Notes: a model not told the origin generated them from the letters alone. Shown: positions 36,722 to 46,167, counted from the stretch's first letter. The stretch: 64,000 nucleotides of DNA from Betaproteobacteria bacterium (GCA_016202605.1 JACQOJ010000152.1:1350-65349), one strand, 5' to 3'. Numbers and translations are program-made.

Positions 36722-38173
36722 TCATTTTGCGGAAGGATGCGGCGCCCCGGGCCCGCCTTCGTTCGCGTAGTTCTGCATCCGGCTGTAGAGCGTGGTGCGG
36801 TGGATGCCGAGCAGCCTGGCCGCCTGCGTGAGGTTGCCCTGCGTGATCGTGAGCGCCGCCTCGACGTAGCTGCGCTCCCATTGCCGGAGGATGTGGTCGA
36901 GATTGAAATTCTTCTGAACCTGCAGTTGACGGCGGGCGGCATCGAGCAGCGCCTTGAAGTCCTGGCCGGCCGGCAGCCCGGGCAGGTCGATCTCCATGCT
37001 CTCCATGTCCAGCTCGGACTGCAGTTGCGCCGCAGTGACCTTCTGCCCCGCGTGCTTCGTGGTGAGCCGGATGATGATGTTGCGCAATTCGCGCACGTTG
37101 CCCGGAAAACTGTAGTCGAGCCACAGGTCCATCGCGTTGCGGTCGAGGTCGAACGCATCGACGTGCGCCTGCTGCGCGTAGAACTCCCGATAGTGATCGA
37201 GCAGCAGGCATTTGTCGTCGCCGAGGTCGCGCAGCGCCGGCACGCCGATGGTGAAGACCGACAGCCGGTGGTAGAGATCGGCGCGGAAGCGGCTGGCCCG
37301 GATTTCGGCGCGCATGTCGCGGTTGGTCGCGGCGATCACCCGCGCATTGGACACGCGGCTCTGGGTTTCGCCGACGCGCTGGAACTCGCCGTTTTCCAGC
37401 ACGCGCAGCAGCTTCGCCTGCAGCTCGAGCGGCAGCTCGCCGATTTCGTCCAGGAACAGCGTCGAGTCCTTGGCGTCCTCGAAATAACCCGAGCGCGCGG
37501 CAGTCGCCCCCGTGAACGCGCCCTTGGCATATCCAAAGAGCGTGGGCTCGACGAGCGTGGGGGAAATGGCGGCGCAGTTGAGCGCGAGGAACGGCCGTGC
37601 CGCGCGATGGCTCATTCGATGCAGCGATTTCGCCACCAGCTCCTTGCCGCTGCCCGACTCACCCTCGATCAGCACCGGAAACGGGGCATCGGCGAACTGG
37701 CCGATCTGCTGCCGCAGCTTCTCGACGAGCAGGCTTCTGCCGAGCAGTCCTCCGTCGGGTGCGGCGCCGAGTTCCGCGTCGCGGATCTCGAGCGCGCGCT
37801 GCAGGAGCTCCTTCAACGTCTCCGGCTCGCACGGCTTGGCGACGAACTCGATGGCGCCAAGCGTGCGCGCGTGGCGCGCGTTGGTTTCGTCGCTTTGCCC
37901 GGAAAGCACGACGATCTTGATGCCGGGCGAGTAGGCGATGAGTTCGCTGATCAGGCGGAAGCCCTCGTCCGGCCGGTGGGGTGTCGGCGGCAATCCGAGA
38001 TCGATCAGCGCGAGCTGGGGCGGGCGATCGAGCTGGCGCAGCAGGCTCTTGACTTGCGCCCGCGACTCCGCCACGTAGACCATGAAGTCCCGGCCCAATA
38101 CGAAATTCAGCGTGTCGGTAATCAGCGGGTCGTCGTCGACGATCAGCAGCTCGGGCTTGAGCTTCTCTGCCAC
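36722..38173 (-). CDS. Sigma-54-dependent (NtrC-family) response regulator, PilR/PrsR-like
   Basis: REC domain ([10 protein letters not shown]), AAA+ [17 protein letters not shown] motif (KGAFTGAT), C-terminal Fis-type [26 protein letters not shown] start. Confidence 0.92.
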   Translation of the reverse strand: MAEKLKPELLIVDDDPLITDTLNFVLGRDFMVYVAESRAQVKSLLRQLDRPPQLALIDLGLPPTPHRPDEGFRLISELIAYSPGIKIVVLSGQSDETNARHARTLGAIEFVAKPCEPETLKELLQRALEIRDAELGAAPDGGLLGRSLLVEKLRQQIGQFADAPFPVLIEGESGSGKELVAKSLHRMSHRAARPFLALNCAAISPTLVEPTLFGYAKGAFTGATAARSGYFEDAKDSTLFLDEIGELPLELQAKLLRVLENGEFQRVGETQSRVSNARVIAATNRDMRAEIRASRFRADLYHRLSVFTIGVPALRDLGDDKCLLLDHYREFYAQQAHVDAFDLDRNAMDLWLDYSFPGNVRELRNIIIRLTTKHAGQKVTAAQLQSELDMESMEIDLPGLPAGQDFKALLDAARRQLQVQKNFNLDHILRQWERSYVEAALTITQGNLTQAARLLGIHRTTLYSRMQNYANEGGPGAPHPSAK

Positions 38174-38252
38174 CGGGTGTCTACTCCTGCCTTGCCGGCA
38201 CTGGGAACAGGGATATTGTGCCAGATACCATCCGCCGGGCGCAGCCCGTGGG

Positions 38253-38987
38253 TCATGCCGCCGCCGCGGGCTCCGCGATGCATGCGAGGAAAGCTTCTTC
38301 GAGATCGCGCGCGTTGAACCTGCGGCGCAGCTCCCCGGGCGTGCCGGCGAATCTCAGCCGTCCCGCGTGCAGGATGGCCATCCGGTCGCACATTTCCTCC
38401 AGGTCGGGGAGGGCATGGGAGGTAAAAAACGCGGTATGCCCCCGGTTCCGCAAGCGCGCCACCTCCCGCTTGAACAGCGCGCGCGCCTTGGGGTCCAGGC
38501 CGCTCGTGGGCTCATCCATTACATAAAGCTCCTTGTCCGAAAGCAGGCAGGAGGCGAGCCCCAGCTTCTGCGTCATGCCTTTCGAGTAGGTGCGCACCGG
38601 CTTGGAGAGCGCCGCGGGATCGAGGTCCAGCGCCTCGAGGATACGCGTGATGCGGGTTTCGTCATAAGAGGTGCGGTGCAGGCTCAAGAGGTATTGGAGG
38701 AACTCGCGGCCGGTAAGGTAGAAAGGCGGATTGAAGCGCTCGGGCAGGTAGGCGAGCCGCCCCCGCGCCGCCGTGAGGCGGTGGGACAGCTCGAAGATTT
38801 CGATGCTGCCGCCGTCCGTGTCGCAGAAGTCGAGCATGCACTTGATGAGGGTGGTTTTCCCCGCGCCGTTCTCGCCGACGAGGCCGAAGAATTCGCCGCG
38901 CCGCACTTCAAGCGAGAAATCGACCACCGCCGGCATGCCCGCGAACGATTTGCCGACGCCCGTGAACCGCAACGCGATGTCGCCCAT
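38253..38987 (-). CDS. ABC transporter ATP-binding protein (ABC-2/CcmA-like) with no adjacent permease
   Basis: GLVGENGAGKTT, YSKGMTQKLGLASCL, LYVMDEPTSGLD. Start set to ATG 38987 inside the 526-aa track ORF. Confidence 0.88.
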   Translation of the reverse strand: MGDIALRFTGVGKSFAGMPAVVDFSLEVRRGEFFGLVGENGAGKTTLIKCMLDFCDTDGGSIEIFELSHRLTAARGRLAYLPERFNPPFYLTGREFLQYLLSLHRTSYDETRITRILEALDLDPAALSKPVRTYSKGMTQKLGLASCLLSDKELYVMDEPTSGLDPKARALFKREVARLRNRGHTAFFTSHALPDLEEMCDRMAILHAGRLRFAGTPGELRRRFNARDLEEAFLACIAEPAAAA

Positions 38988-39023
38988 GCGCGGTAACTTA
39001 TCGCAAACCAAAACCAAAAGCCA

Positions 39024-39908
39024 ATGGGCGGGATTGGGTCCTATAATCCGGTTATGCAAAACGCCGATCCCGCGCTGCTGCGGCAGCTGTCCGGAAACAG
39101 CACGCCCTACCGCGACCCGCTCGCGGTCATCGAGTGGGCGCGCCTCGATACGATGAGTTTCTGGCTCCCGGAGCCGGCTCTTTCGCTTTACGGCTTGCCC
39201 GAATACACGGGGCTTCCGGTAGCGACGCGGCGCCGGCTCTCCCAGTACGAGTTCATCAACGTGATGCAGACCGGACTGGGGGTGGAACGCCTGTTTCTGC
39301 AGCGGATTTCGCGCAGCCTCGGCGCGGCGTTGCCGCGGGCCGAGTACGAGTATTTTCTCCACGAACTGCGCGAGGAAGCCGGGCACAGCCTGATGTTCCT
39401 CAAGGCGATCGAAGCGAGCGGCCTCGAGGTGCCGGCGGGAGCATGGGACGTGACGCCCTGGATGGAGCGGCTGGCGCGGAACCTTCCGGCGCGCGGCGCG
39501 CTTTTCTGGCTCGCCACCGTGATCGCGGAAGACGTGCCGGACAGGTTCAACCGCTACGTGCGCAACGAGTCGGAGGTCCTCAATCCGGCGATCAGGCAGA
39601 TCTGCACCTTGCATATCGTGGACGAAGCTCGCCACATTGCAGCCGCCCGTGCCCGGCTGGAAGCCGCCCTGAAAGGCCGCGCGGCGCGCCGGTTTCTTCT
39701 GATGCCGTTCATGAACCTCGTGTTCCGGAAATTCGTCGCCACGTTTTTCCTGCCGCCGGCGCGGTTTTACGAACTGGCGGGCCTCTCGCACGGGCACTGG
39801 TGGCGCCGGATGGCGGCGGCGAATCCGGCGCACCGGCGCTTCATCGCGCAGTGCCTGGCGCCGACGCTGCGCATGCTCGAAGGCTACGGTTTAAGACCGG
39901 GGCTTTAA
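39024..39908 (+). CDS. Diiron oxygenase (AurF-like family)
   Basis: Two E-X2-H iron-ligand motifs, ELREEAGHS and IVDEARHI, in a four-helix-bundle-like sequence. Start is either ATG 39024 or ATG 39054. Confidence 0.7.
   Translation: MGGIGSYNPVMQNADPALLRQLSGNSTPYRDPLAVIEWARLDTMSFWLPEPALSLYGLPEYTGLPVATRRRLSQYEFINVMQTGLGVERLFLQRISRSLGAALPRAEYEYFLHELREEAGHSLMFLKAIEASGLEVPAGAWDVTPWMERLARNLPARGALFWLATVIAEDVPDRFNRYVRNESEVLNPAIRQICTLHIVDEARHIAAARARLEAALKGRAARRFLLMPFMNLVFRKFVATFFLPPARFYELAGLSHGHWWRRMAAANPAHRRFIAQCLAPTLRMLEGYGLRPGL
39042..39047 (+). promoter_or_regulatory. Perfect TATAAT -10 box 7 nt upstream of ATG 39054 (possible leaderless start of the diiron oxygenase)
   Basis: TATAAT at 39042-39047, ATG at 39054. 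No good -35 element was found. Confidence 0.3.
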
Positions 39909-39923
39909 CCGGCTTCGGGGGGT

Positions 39924-40811
39924 TCAGCTTTGCGCCAGCGTCTGCGCGGCGGAACGGCTGGCGCGCCAGCCCAGTTCGGTCGCCGCGCGGCGGCAGTCGA
40001 GAAGCAGCGTCCTGGTAAGTCCTTCGATCCACGCCGGCTCGCCACCCCAGCCGGATATCCTCCACGCCACATCGAGTCCCGCGCGAGCGATGGGTAGCGG
40101 CAGCGGCACGCTCACGCGGTGCCTGCTGCGGATGGCGTCGCGGAAGCTGAAGCTGTCCTGTGTCGCGAGATTGAACGGGCCGCTCGCCCCCTGCGCGAGG
40201 GCGTGCAAGACAGCCTGCGCCACGTCGTCTTCGTGCACGCACTGGAGCGATGGGTACGGCTCGGTCATCCGCACGTAGAACGGCTGGTCGAGCAGGCATT
40301 TGAGCAGCGGCTGCGCGTTGGGGCCGAGAACGACATGAGGCCTCAGCCGCGCGCATTCGGGAACCTCGTCCGCGAGCCACGTCTCGATGCGCGCCTTGTG
40401 TTCCGCGTACAGAAATCCCGGCAGAGGATCGAGCGGCGCGCTCTCCGCAAGCTCGCTGCCGCTGCCGTACACCGCGGCGCTCGACATGTGGATGAAGCGC
40501 CGCACCCCGGCCGCGCGGGCGGCGCGGAAGACGTTGCGGCTGCCGTTGACATTGACGTCGAACATCTCGGACTCGCGCATGCGGCCACGAAGCACCACAA
40601 ACGCGAGATGGATCAATGCGTCGTGTCCGCCAAGCCGGCCGCTCAGGTCCGGCTCGCGGATGTCGGCTCGCGCGGCCGCGAACTTCGCGTGCTGGAAACG
40701 CGGTGGCAGCAGATCGATGCCGGTCACGCTTCCGACCTGCGGGCTGCCGCACAGCGGCGGCAGCAGCGCCTGCGCGAGATGCGAGCTCGAACCCGTGACA
40801 AAGACGCGCAT
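39924..40811 (-). CDS. NAD-dependent epimerase/dehydratase family (extended SDR) protein
   Basis: MRVFVTGSSSHLAQALL (degenerate glycine motif) and catalytic YAEHK. Confidence 0.75.
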   Translation of the reverse strand: MRVFVTGSSSHLAQALLPPLCGSPQVGSVTGIDLLPPRFQHAKFAAARADIREPDLSGRLGGHDALIHLAFVVLRGRMRESEMFDVNVNGSRNVFRAARAAGVRRFIHMSSAAVYGSGSELAESAPLDPLPGFLYAEHKARIETWLADEVPECARLRPHVVLGPNAQPLLKCLLDQPFYVRMTEPYPSLQCVHEDDVAQAVLHALAQGASGPFNLATQDSFSFRDAIRSRHRVSVPLPLPIARAGLDVAWRISGWGGEPAWIEGLTRTLLLDCRRAATELGWRASRSAAQTLAQS

Positions 40812-40820
40812 GACAGTTCA

Positions 40821-40855
40821 GGGATGAGGGCGGAGGGATGAAGGATGTGGGGCGA
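40821..40855. repeat. Intergenic heptamer array (element R4)
   Basis: GGGATGA GGGCGGA GGGATGA AGGATGT GGGGCGA, followed by a GGGGC-GAAA-GTCCC hairpin. Confidence 0.6.
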
Positions 40856-40867
40856 AAGTCCCCGCAA

Positions 40868-41944
40868 TCATTTTGGGCTCCCCGCTGCCGTGCCCTCGGC
40901 GAAGGCCGGGATGACTTCCCGCGCGAAAAGCGCCATGGATTCGCGCACGATACCGCTGTCAACCGCGCCGGCGCCAAACGCGCACAGCAGGTGCGTGACC
41001 CCGCATTTGGCGTATTTCCGGAGTTTGGCGACGCAATCCTCGGGATTGCCGACGACGGCCAGACCGAAAGTATCGGCGAGGCCGAAATCGATGCCGAGCT
41101 TCATCAGCCGGCGGAAGCGGCCGAGCTCGTGAAGCTGCTCGTAGCCCGGGTAGAGCTTTTCGAGGACGGGCAGCGTGACGTTGTAGAGTTCGCGATAGAA
41201 CCACGTGAAAGCCGGCCGCGCGATCTCGCGCGCCCGGGCGCGGTCGGCCAGGCACAGCACTCCGATGGTCATGCCGGCGCGCGGCGCGCAAGGGCTGCGC
41301 CAGGCGGTGCGGAAGCGCTCGATGTCGTGTTTCACCATGAACCACGGCTTGAACGGCCCCGCCAGCACGCCCAGCCCGCGCGCGGCCGCCCAGGCGTACG
41401 TCTCCGGACTGACCGCCGCGGTCCACAGCGGCGGGTGCGGTTGCTGCACCACGCGCGGAATGATGTCCAGCGCCTCCAGGCGATAGTGCCTGCCGTGATG
41501 GGTGATCGGCCCGGCGTTGAAGCTCGCGCGCAGGATATCGAGCCCCTCGTCGGCAAGCTCGCGGCTTGCTTCCATGCGCGCGCCGAACACCCCGTATTCG
41601 CGCGGCGAAAAGCCGCGCCCGATCCCGATCTCGAGCCGGCCATGGGAAAGAATGTCCAGCGTGGCCATGCGCTCCGCGACGTGCACCGGATGATGCAACG
41701 GCAGCGGAATCACGGCGTGACCGAGGCGAATGCGGCGCGTGCGCTGCGCGGCCGCGGCGAGCACCAGCTCGGGTTTCGATGAGTGCGAGTAGCCGCGCAT
41801 GAAGTGGTGTTCGACGAGCCAGGCGCAGCGATACCCCAGGCGGTCGCCCAGCTCGATATGATCGAGCGTGTCAGCATAGGCCCGCGTTTCAGTCAGTCCG
41901 CGGTGCGGCGGCAGCGCGATTTCGTGGAAAAGATCGAAGTGCAT
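40868..41944 (-). CDS. LLM-class (luciferase-like) flavin-dependent oxidoreductase
   Basis: LGYRCAWLVEHHF, GRLEIGIGRGFSPREY; length 358 aa. Confidence 0.8.
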   Translation of the reverse strand: MHFDLFHEIALPPHRGLTETRAYADTLDHIELGDRLGYRCAWLVEHHFMRGYSHSSKPELVLAAAAQRTRRIRLGHAVIPLPLHHPVHVAERMATLDILSHGRLEIGIGRGFSPREYGVFGARMEASRELADEGLDILRASFNAGPITHHGRHYRLEALDIIPRVVQQPHPPLWTAAVSPETYAWAAARGLGVLAGPFKPWFMVKHDIERFRTAWRSPCAPRAGMTIGVLCLADRARAREIARPAFTWFYRELYNVTLPVLEKLYPGYEQLHELGRFRRLMKLGIDFGLADTFGLAVVGNPEDCVAKLRKYAKCGVTHLLCAFGAGAVDSGIVRESMALFAREVIPAFAEGTAAGSPK

Positions 41945-42036
41945 GCGACGGTCGTGATGAAGTGTCCCGCTATCATGCCAGCGCGCACTTGCGCTTCCAA
42001 TAGACGGGCTCGACGGCGGCGCCCCGGCGGCCGACG

Positions 42037-42065
42037 TTGTTGGGGTGTCGCGAGTGGTTTAAAAT
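42037..42065 (+). promoter_or_regulatory. Sigma-70-type promoter candidate for the mla operon
   Basis: TTGTTG (42037-42042), 17-nt spacer, TAAAAT (42060-42065). It lies 33 nt upstream of the mlaF ATG. Confidence 0.4.
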
Positions 42066-42097
42066 CCAACCCTTTTAGCCAGGCGCACACCTGCCCC

Positions 42098-42904
42098 ATG
42101 GAAAATCTCGTCGAAGTCGAGGACGTGAGCTTTGCCTACGACGTGCGGCCCGTGCTCAAGGGCATCAACATGACCATACGGCGCGGTCAGGTGATGAGCA
42201 TCATGGGCTTGAGCGGCTGCGGCAAGACCACGCTGCTGCGGCTGATCGGCGGCGCGCTGAAGCCGACCCGGGGCGAGGTGCGGGTCGCGGGGCGCGTGAT
42301 GCACGGCCTCACCCAGGACGAGCTCTACGAAATGCGCCGCAAGATGGGCATGCTGTTCCAGTTCGGCGCCCTGTTCACGGACATGACGGCGTTCGACAAT
42401 GTTGCGTTCCAGATGCGCGAGCATACCAATCTTCCGGAATCGATGATCCGGGATCTCGTGCTGATGAAACTGCACGCGGTGGGCCTGCGCGGCGCCCAGC
42501 ATTTGCTGCCTTCGGAGCTGTCCGGCGGCATGGCGCGGCGCGTGGCGCTCGCGCGCACCGTCGCGCTCGACCCGATGCTCATCATGTACGACGAGCCCTT
42601 CACCGGGCTCGACCCGATCTCCATGGGCGTGATCGGCAACCTCATCCGGCGGCTGAATGACGCGCTGGGCGCGACCTCGATCGTGGTCACGCACGACGTG
42701 CAGGAGTCGCTGAAGATCGTCGATTACGTGTACTTCATGTCCGACGGCGTCGTCGTCACGCAGGGGACGCCGGATGAAATCCGCGAATCCGAGGCGCCGT
42801 TCGTGCACCAGTTCGTGTGGGGCGAGATGGACGGCCCGCTGCCGTTTCATTACGCGGGCGCCCGCATCGGGGAAGCTTTGGGACTGGAGCGCGGCCATGC
42901 TTGA
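42098..42904 (+). CDS. mlaF: Phospholipid ABC transporter ATP-binding protein MlaF
   Basis: [36 protein letters not shown], in a mlaFEDCB context. Confidence 0.93.
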   Translation: MENLVEVEDVSFAYDVRPVLKGINMTIRRGQVMSIMGLSGCGKTTLLRLIGGALKPTRGEVRVAGRVMHGLTQDELYEMRRKMGMLFQFGALFTDMTAFDNVAFQMREHTNLPESMIRDLVLMKLHAVGLRGAQHLLPSELSGGMARRVALARTVALDPMLIMYDEPFTGLDPISMGVIGNLIRRLNDALGATSIVVTHDVQESLKIVDYVYFMSDGVVVTQGTPDEIRESEAPFVHQFVWGEMDGPLPFHYAGARIGEALGLERGHA

Positions 42905-43691
42905 CCGCGTCAGCGCCCCGCTGCAGCGCCTCGGACGCCAGGTCGTCAACGCGATCTGGCGGCTGGGATACGCGAGCCGGTTTTTCCTTTTTGTCCTGCT
43001 GCGTTCGGGCACGGGCTTCCGGCGCTTCCAGCTCATCATCAAGGAAATTTACTTCACGGGCGTGCTCTCGCTCATCATCATCATCGTCTCCGGCCTGTTC
43101 GTGGGGATGGTGCTCGCCCTTCAGGGTTATGAAACGCTGCAGAAGTACGGCTCTTCCGAGGCGGTCGGGACCCTGGTTGCGCTGTCGCTGGTGCGGGAAC
43201 TGGGCCCGGTCGTGGCCGCGCTGCTGTTTGCGAGCCGCGCCGGTTCGGCGATGACGGCGGAAATCGGGCTGATGAAAGCGACCGAGCAGATCTCGGCGAT
43301 GGAAATGATGGCGGTCGACCCGATCGCGCGGGTGATCGGTCCCAGGTTCTGGGGCGGGCTGATCTCGATGCCGCTGCTGGCGGCGATGTTCAGCGCGGTC
43401 GGTGTATTCGGCGGCTACCTCATCGCGGTGGTGCTGATCGGGGTCGATGAAGGCGCTTTCTGGTCGCAGATGCAGAATGCGGTGGATTTCCGCGACGATA
43501 TCGTCAACGGGATCATCAAGAGCGTGGTGTTCGGCGTGGCGGTCACGGCGATCGCGCTGTTCGAGGGCTATGACGCGCCGCCGACGGCCGAGGGCGTGTC
43601 GCACGCGACGACGCGCACGGTGGTCACCTCGTCGCTGGCGATCCTGGGTCTTGATTTTGTTCTCACTGCGTTCATGTTCAGAGGAGCGTGA
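42897..43691 (+). CDS. mlaE: Phospholipid ABC transporter permease MlaE
   Basis: [14 protein letters not shown]..., [26 protein letters not shown]. 8-nt overlap with mlaF. Confidence 0.93.
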   Translation: MLDRVSAPLQRLGRQVVNAIWRLGYASRFFLFVLLRSGTGFRRFQLIIKEIYFTGVLSLIIIIVSGLFVGMVLALQGYETLQKYGSSEAVGTLVALSLVRELGPVVAALLFASRAGSAMTAEIGLMKATEQISAMEMMAVDPIARVIGPRFWGGLISMPLLAAMFSAVGVFGGYLIAVVLIGVDEGAFWSQMQNAVDFRDDIVNGIIKSVVFGVAVTAIALFEGYDAPPTAEGVSHATTRTVVTSSLAILGLDFVLTAFMFRGA

Positions 43692-43695
43692 GTTC

Positions 43696-44169
43696 ATGGA
43701 GCGAACCGTTCTCGATTTGTGGGTAGGCTTATTCGTGGCCGCGGGCATCGCGGCGCTCCTGGTCCTGGCGCTCAAGGTGGGTAACGCCAGCACGACCTTC
43801 AACGTGGGCGAGACCTATCACGTGATCGGCGAATTCGACAACATCGGCGGTCTCAAGGTGCGGGCCCCGGTGAAAAGTTCCGGCGTGGTGGTCGGCCGCG
43901 TCGACAAGATTCAGTTCGACAATGAACGCTTCCGCGCGCGGGTTGTCATGAACATCGACAAGCGCTACCAGTTTCCCAGGGACACTTCGGCCTCGATCCT
44001 GACCTCGGGACTGCTGGGCGAGCAGTACATCGGCCTGGAAGCCGGCGGGGACAGCGAGAATCTCAAGGACGGCGGCCGGTTCAAGCTCACCCAGTCGGCC
44101 GTGGTGCTGGAAAAACTGATCGGCCAGTTCCTGTACAACAAGGCCGCCGAAGGCGACGGCAAGAAGTAG
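43696..44169 (+). CDS. mlaD: Outer-membrane lipid asymmetry maintenance protein MlaD (MCE domain)
   Basis: MERTVLDLWVGLFVAAGIAALLVLALKVGN; GLKVRAPVKSSGVVVGRV. Confidence 0.92.
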   Translation: MERTVLDLWVGLFVAAGIAALLVLALKVGNASTTFNVGETYHVIGEFDNIGGLKVRAPVKSSGVVVGRVDKIQFDNERFRARVVMNIDKRYQFPRDTSASILTSGLLGEQYIGLEAGGDSENLKDGGRFKLTQSAVVLEKLIGQFLYNKAAEGDGKK

Positions 44170-44201
44170 GCACCGCGTGGCGGGGGATCAGGGGAAAGGA
44201 T

Positions 44202-44837
44202 ATGCTCATGAGGAATGGATGGATCCCGATCGTGATCGCGCTTTGCGTGGTTGCGGCGGCGCCGCTGGGCGCCGCCGATTTTCCGGCGCCCTACGCGCTC
44301 GCGAAAAACGTGACGGACGAGGTCTTGGCGATCGTGCGTGCCGACAAGGACATCCAGTCCGGCAACCAGAGGAAGGTGCTGGAGCTGGTGGAATCGAAGG
44401 TCGCGCCGCATTTCAATTTCGCGCGCATGACGCAGCTCGCCATGGGCAGGAACTGGCGGCAGGCGAGCGCCGAGCAGCAGAAGCGGCTGGTCGGCGAATT
44501 CCGCGCGCTGCTGATCCGGACGTACACCTCCGCGTTCACGCAGTACAGGAACCAGACGGTCGAGTACCGGCCGCTGCGCATGGCCCCGACCGACACCGAC
44601 GTCGTGGTCCAGTCGCTGATCAGGCAGCCGAACGGGCGGCCGGTTGCCGTCGACTACGGCATGGAAAAGACCGACAGGGGCTGGAAGGTCTACAACGTCA
44701 AGGTCGAGGGCATCAGCCTCGTCGAGAACTACCGCAACACCTTCAACACCGAGATCCAGAAGAGCGGCATGGATGGCCTGATCAAGGTCCTTTCCGAAAA
44801 GAACCGCGCGCTCATGCAGCAGGCGCAGGCGCAATGA
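44202..44837 (+). CDS. mlaC: Phospholipid-binding periplasmic protein MlaC (Ttg2D family)
   Basis: Signal peptide, FNFARMTQLAMGRNWRQAS, operon context. Confidence 0.9.
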   Translation: MLMRNGWIPIVIALCVVAAAPLGAADFPAPYALAKNVTDEVLAIVRADKDIQSGNQRKVLELVESKVAPHFNFARMTQLAMGRNWRQASAEQQKRLVGEFRALLIRTYTSAFTQYRNQTVEYRPLRMAPTDTDVVVQSLIRQPNGRPVAVDYGMEKTDRGWKVYNVKVEGISLVENYRNTFNTEIQKSGMDGLIKVLSEKNRALMQQAQAQ

Positions 44838-45115
44838 TTTCGTGCGACGGCGGGCGGTGCAAGCTGCAGGGGCCCGTCACCATCGGCAACGTCGCGGCGG
44901 TCCTGGAGGAAGGTGCCCGGCTGTTCACCGCGCCCGAGGTGACGGTCGATCTTTCGGGGATGACCGAAGTGGACTCCTCGGCGGTGAGCCTGCTGCTCGA
45001 GTGGCGCCGCGCGGCGCTGCGCGGCGATCGCAGGATCCGGTTCGTCAATCTTCCCGAAAACCTCGGGAGTCTTGCGGAGCTCTACGGCGTCACCGAACTG
45101 CTGGGAGCGGCGTAA
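44834..45115 (+). CDS. mlaB: STAS-domain protein MlaB
   Basis: ATGA overlap with the mlaC stop. VDLSGMTEVDSSAVSLLLEWRR is typical of the STAS domain. Confidence 0.85.
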   Translation: MISCDGGRCKLQGPVTIGNVAAVLEEGARLFTAPEVTVDLSGMTEVDSSAVSLLLEWRRAALRGDRRIRFVNLPENLGSLAELYGVTELLGAA

Positions 45116-45116
45116 A

Positions 45117-45179
45117 GCGCGCGGCGTGAGGCGGACGGCACGACCCGCCAGCGCTTGCTCCGCGCTCCTCACGCCTCGC
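45117..45179. repeat. Intergenic inverted repeat built on the GTGAGG unit (element R5)
   Basis: GGCGTGAGG (45123-45131) pairs perfectly with CCTCACGCC (45167-45175), directly after the mlaB TAA. Confidence 0.7.
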
Positions 45180-45192
45180 TTCCTGCGAATCA

Positions 45193-46095
45193 ATGGTTCC
45201 CGCAATCCAGGTCCAGGATATCTTCAAGCATTACGGTGCGGTGCGCGCGCTCGCCGGCGTGAGCCTCGAGATCGCCCAGGGGGAATTCTTCGGGCTGCTG
45301 GGGCCCAATGGGGCGGGCAAGACGACCCTCATCAGCATCCTCGCGGGCTTGACGATCGCCTCGTCCGGCAGCGCAAGCGTGCTGGGCTTTGACGTGCGCG
45401 AACGGTATCGCGAGGCAAGGCGCGCGCTGGGCGTCGTGCCGCAGGAGCTCGTGTTCGACCCGTTTTTCACGGTGCGCGAGACGCTTGCCATCCAGTCCGG
45501 CTATTTCGGCATCCGCGACAACCGCGGCTGGATCGAGGAGGTGATGCATCACCTCGATCTCACGGAAAAGGCCGACACCAACATGCGCGCGCTATCGGGC
45601 GGGATGAAGCGCCGGGTGCTGGTGGCGCAGGCGCTGGTGCACAAACCGCCGGTGATCGTTCTCGATGAGCCGACCGCGGGTGTGGACGTCGAGCTGCGGC
45701 AGGCGTTATGGCGGTTCGTCCGCAGGCTGAACGCCGACGGCCACACCATCGTGCTCACCACGCATTACCTGGAGGAGGCCGAGGCGCTGTGCGGGCGCAT
45801 CGCCATGCTCAAGCAGGGACGCATCGTCGCGCTCGACACGACGCAGAACCTGCTCAGGATGCATTCCGGATGCTACGTGGAATTGCGGCTGGAGCCCGAC
45901 CGGCTGCCCGAACGGCTCGCGCCGCGGGTGGTCGAACGCCGCGCGAACGGCGCATACCGGCTCGCCCTCGGCGACTACAACGACGTCGAAGGGCTGATGG
46001 GGGAGATTCGCGCGAGCGGGGTGCGGGTGCAGGAGATGGAAGTGATGCAGCCCGACCTCGAGGAAGTGTTCGTGCAGATCATGCAGAAGGCGTGA
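45193..46095 (+). CDS. ABC-2 type transporter ATP-binding protein (YadG-like)
   Basis: [38 protein letters not shown]. Confidence 0.9.
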   Translation: MVPAIQVQDIFKHYGAVRALAGVSLEIAQGEFFGLLGPNGAGKTTLISILAGLTIASSGSASVLGFDVRERYREARRALGVVPQELVFDPFFTVRETLAIQSGYFGIRDNRGWIEEVMHHLDLTEKADTNMRALSGGMKRRVLVAQALVHKPPVIVLDEPTAGVDVELRQALWRFVRRLNADGHTIVLTTHYLEEAEALCGRIAMLKQGRIVALDTTQNLLRMHSGCYVELRLEPDRLPERLAPRVVERRANGAYRLALGDYNDVEGLMGEIRASGVRVQEMEVMQPDLEEVFVQIMQKA

Positions 46096-46167
46096 TGAGC
46101 GATGAGCGAAGAGCGATCAGCGATGGGTAATGCACACGTCACCCGTCATCCGTCACCCATCACGGGG
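46091..46167. repeat. Intergenic heptamer array pair (element R6), seeded at the upstream TGA stop
   Basis: CGTGATG AGCGATG AGCGAAG AGCGATC AGCGATG, facing CGTCACC CGTCATC CGTCACC CATCACG. The outer 7 bp, CGTGATG and CATCACG, are complementary. Confidence 0.75.

Noticed and set aside
22606-38173. PEP-CTERM/exosortase system, suggested by the PrsK/PrsR-like regulator pair and an ExeA-like ATPase
   Set aside because: There is no exosortase, no PEP-CTERM proteins and no polysaccharide synthesis or export genes. The structural genes are pilins, a secretin, a GspE/GspF pair and PilMNO-like proteins. The PrsK/PrsR resemblance is from memory and needs an HMM check.
38207-38223. Sigma-54 promoter upstream of the response-regulator gene (TGGCAC at 38223-38218, minus strand)
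   Set aside because: The -24 element is perfect, but the -12 position reads CCCT instead of TTGC, so there is no GC at the required spacing.
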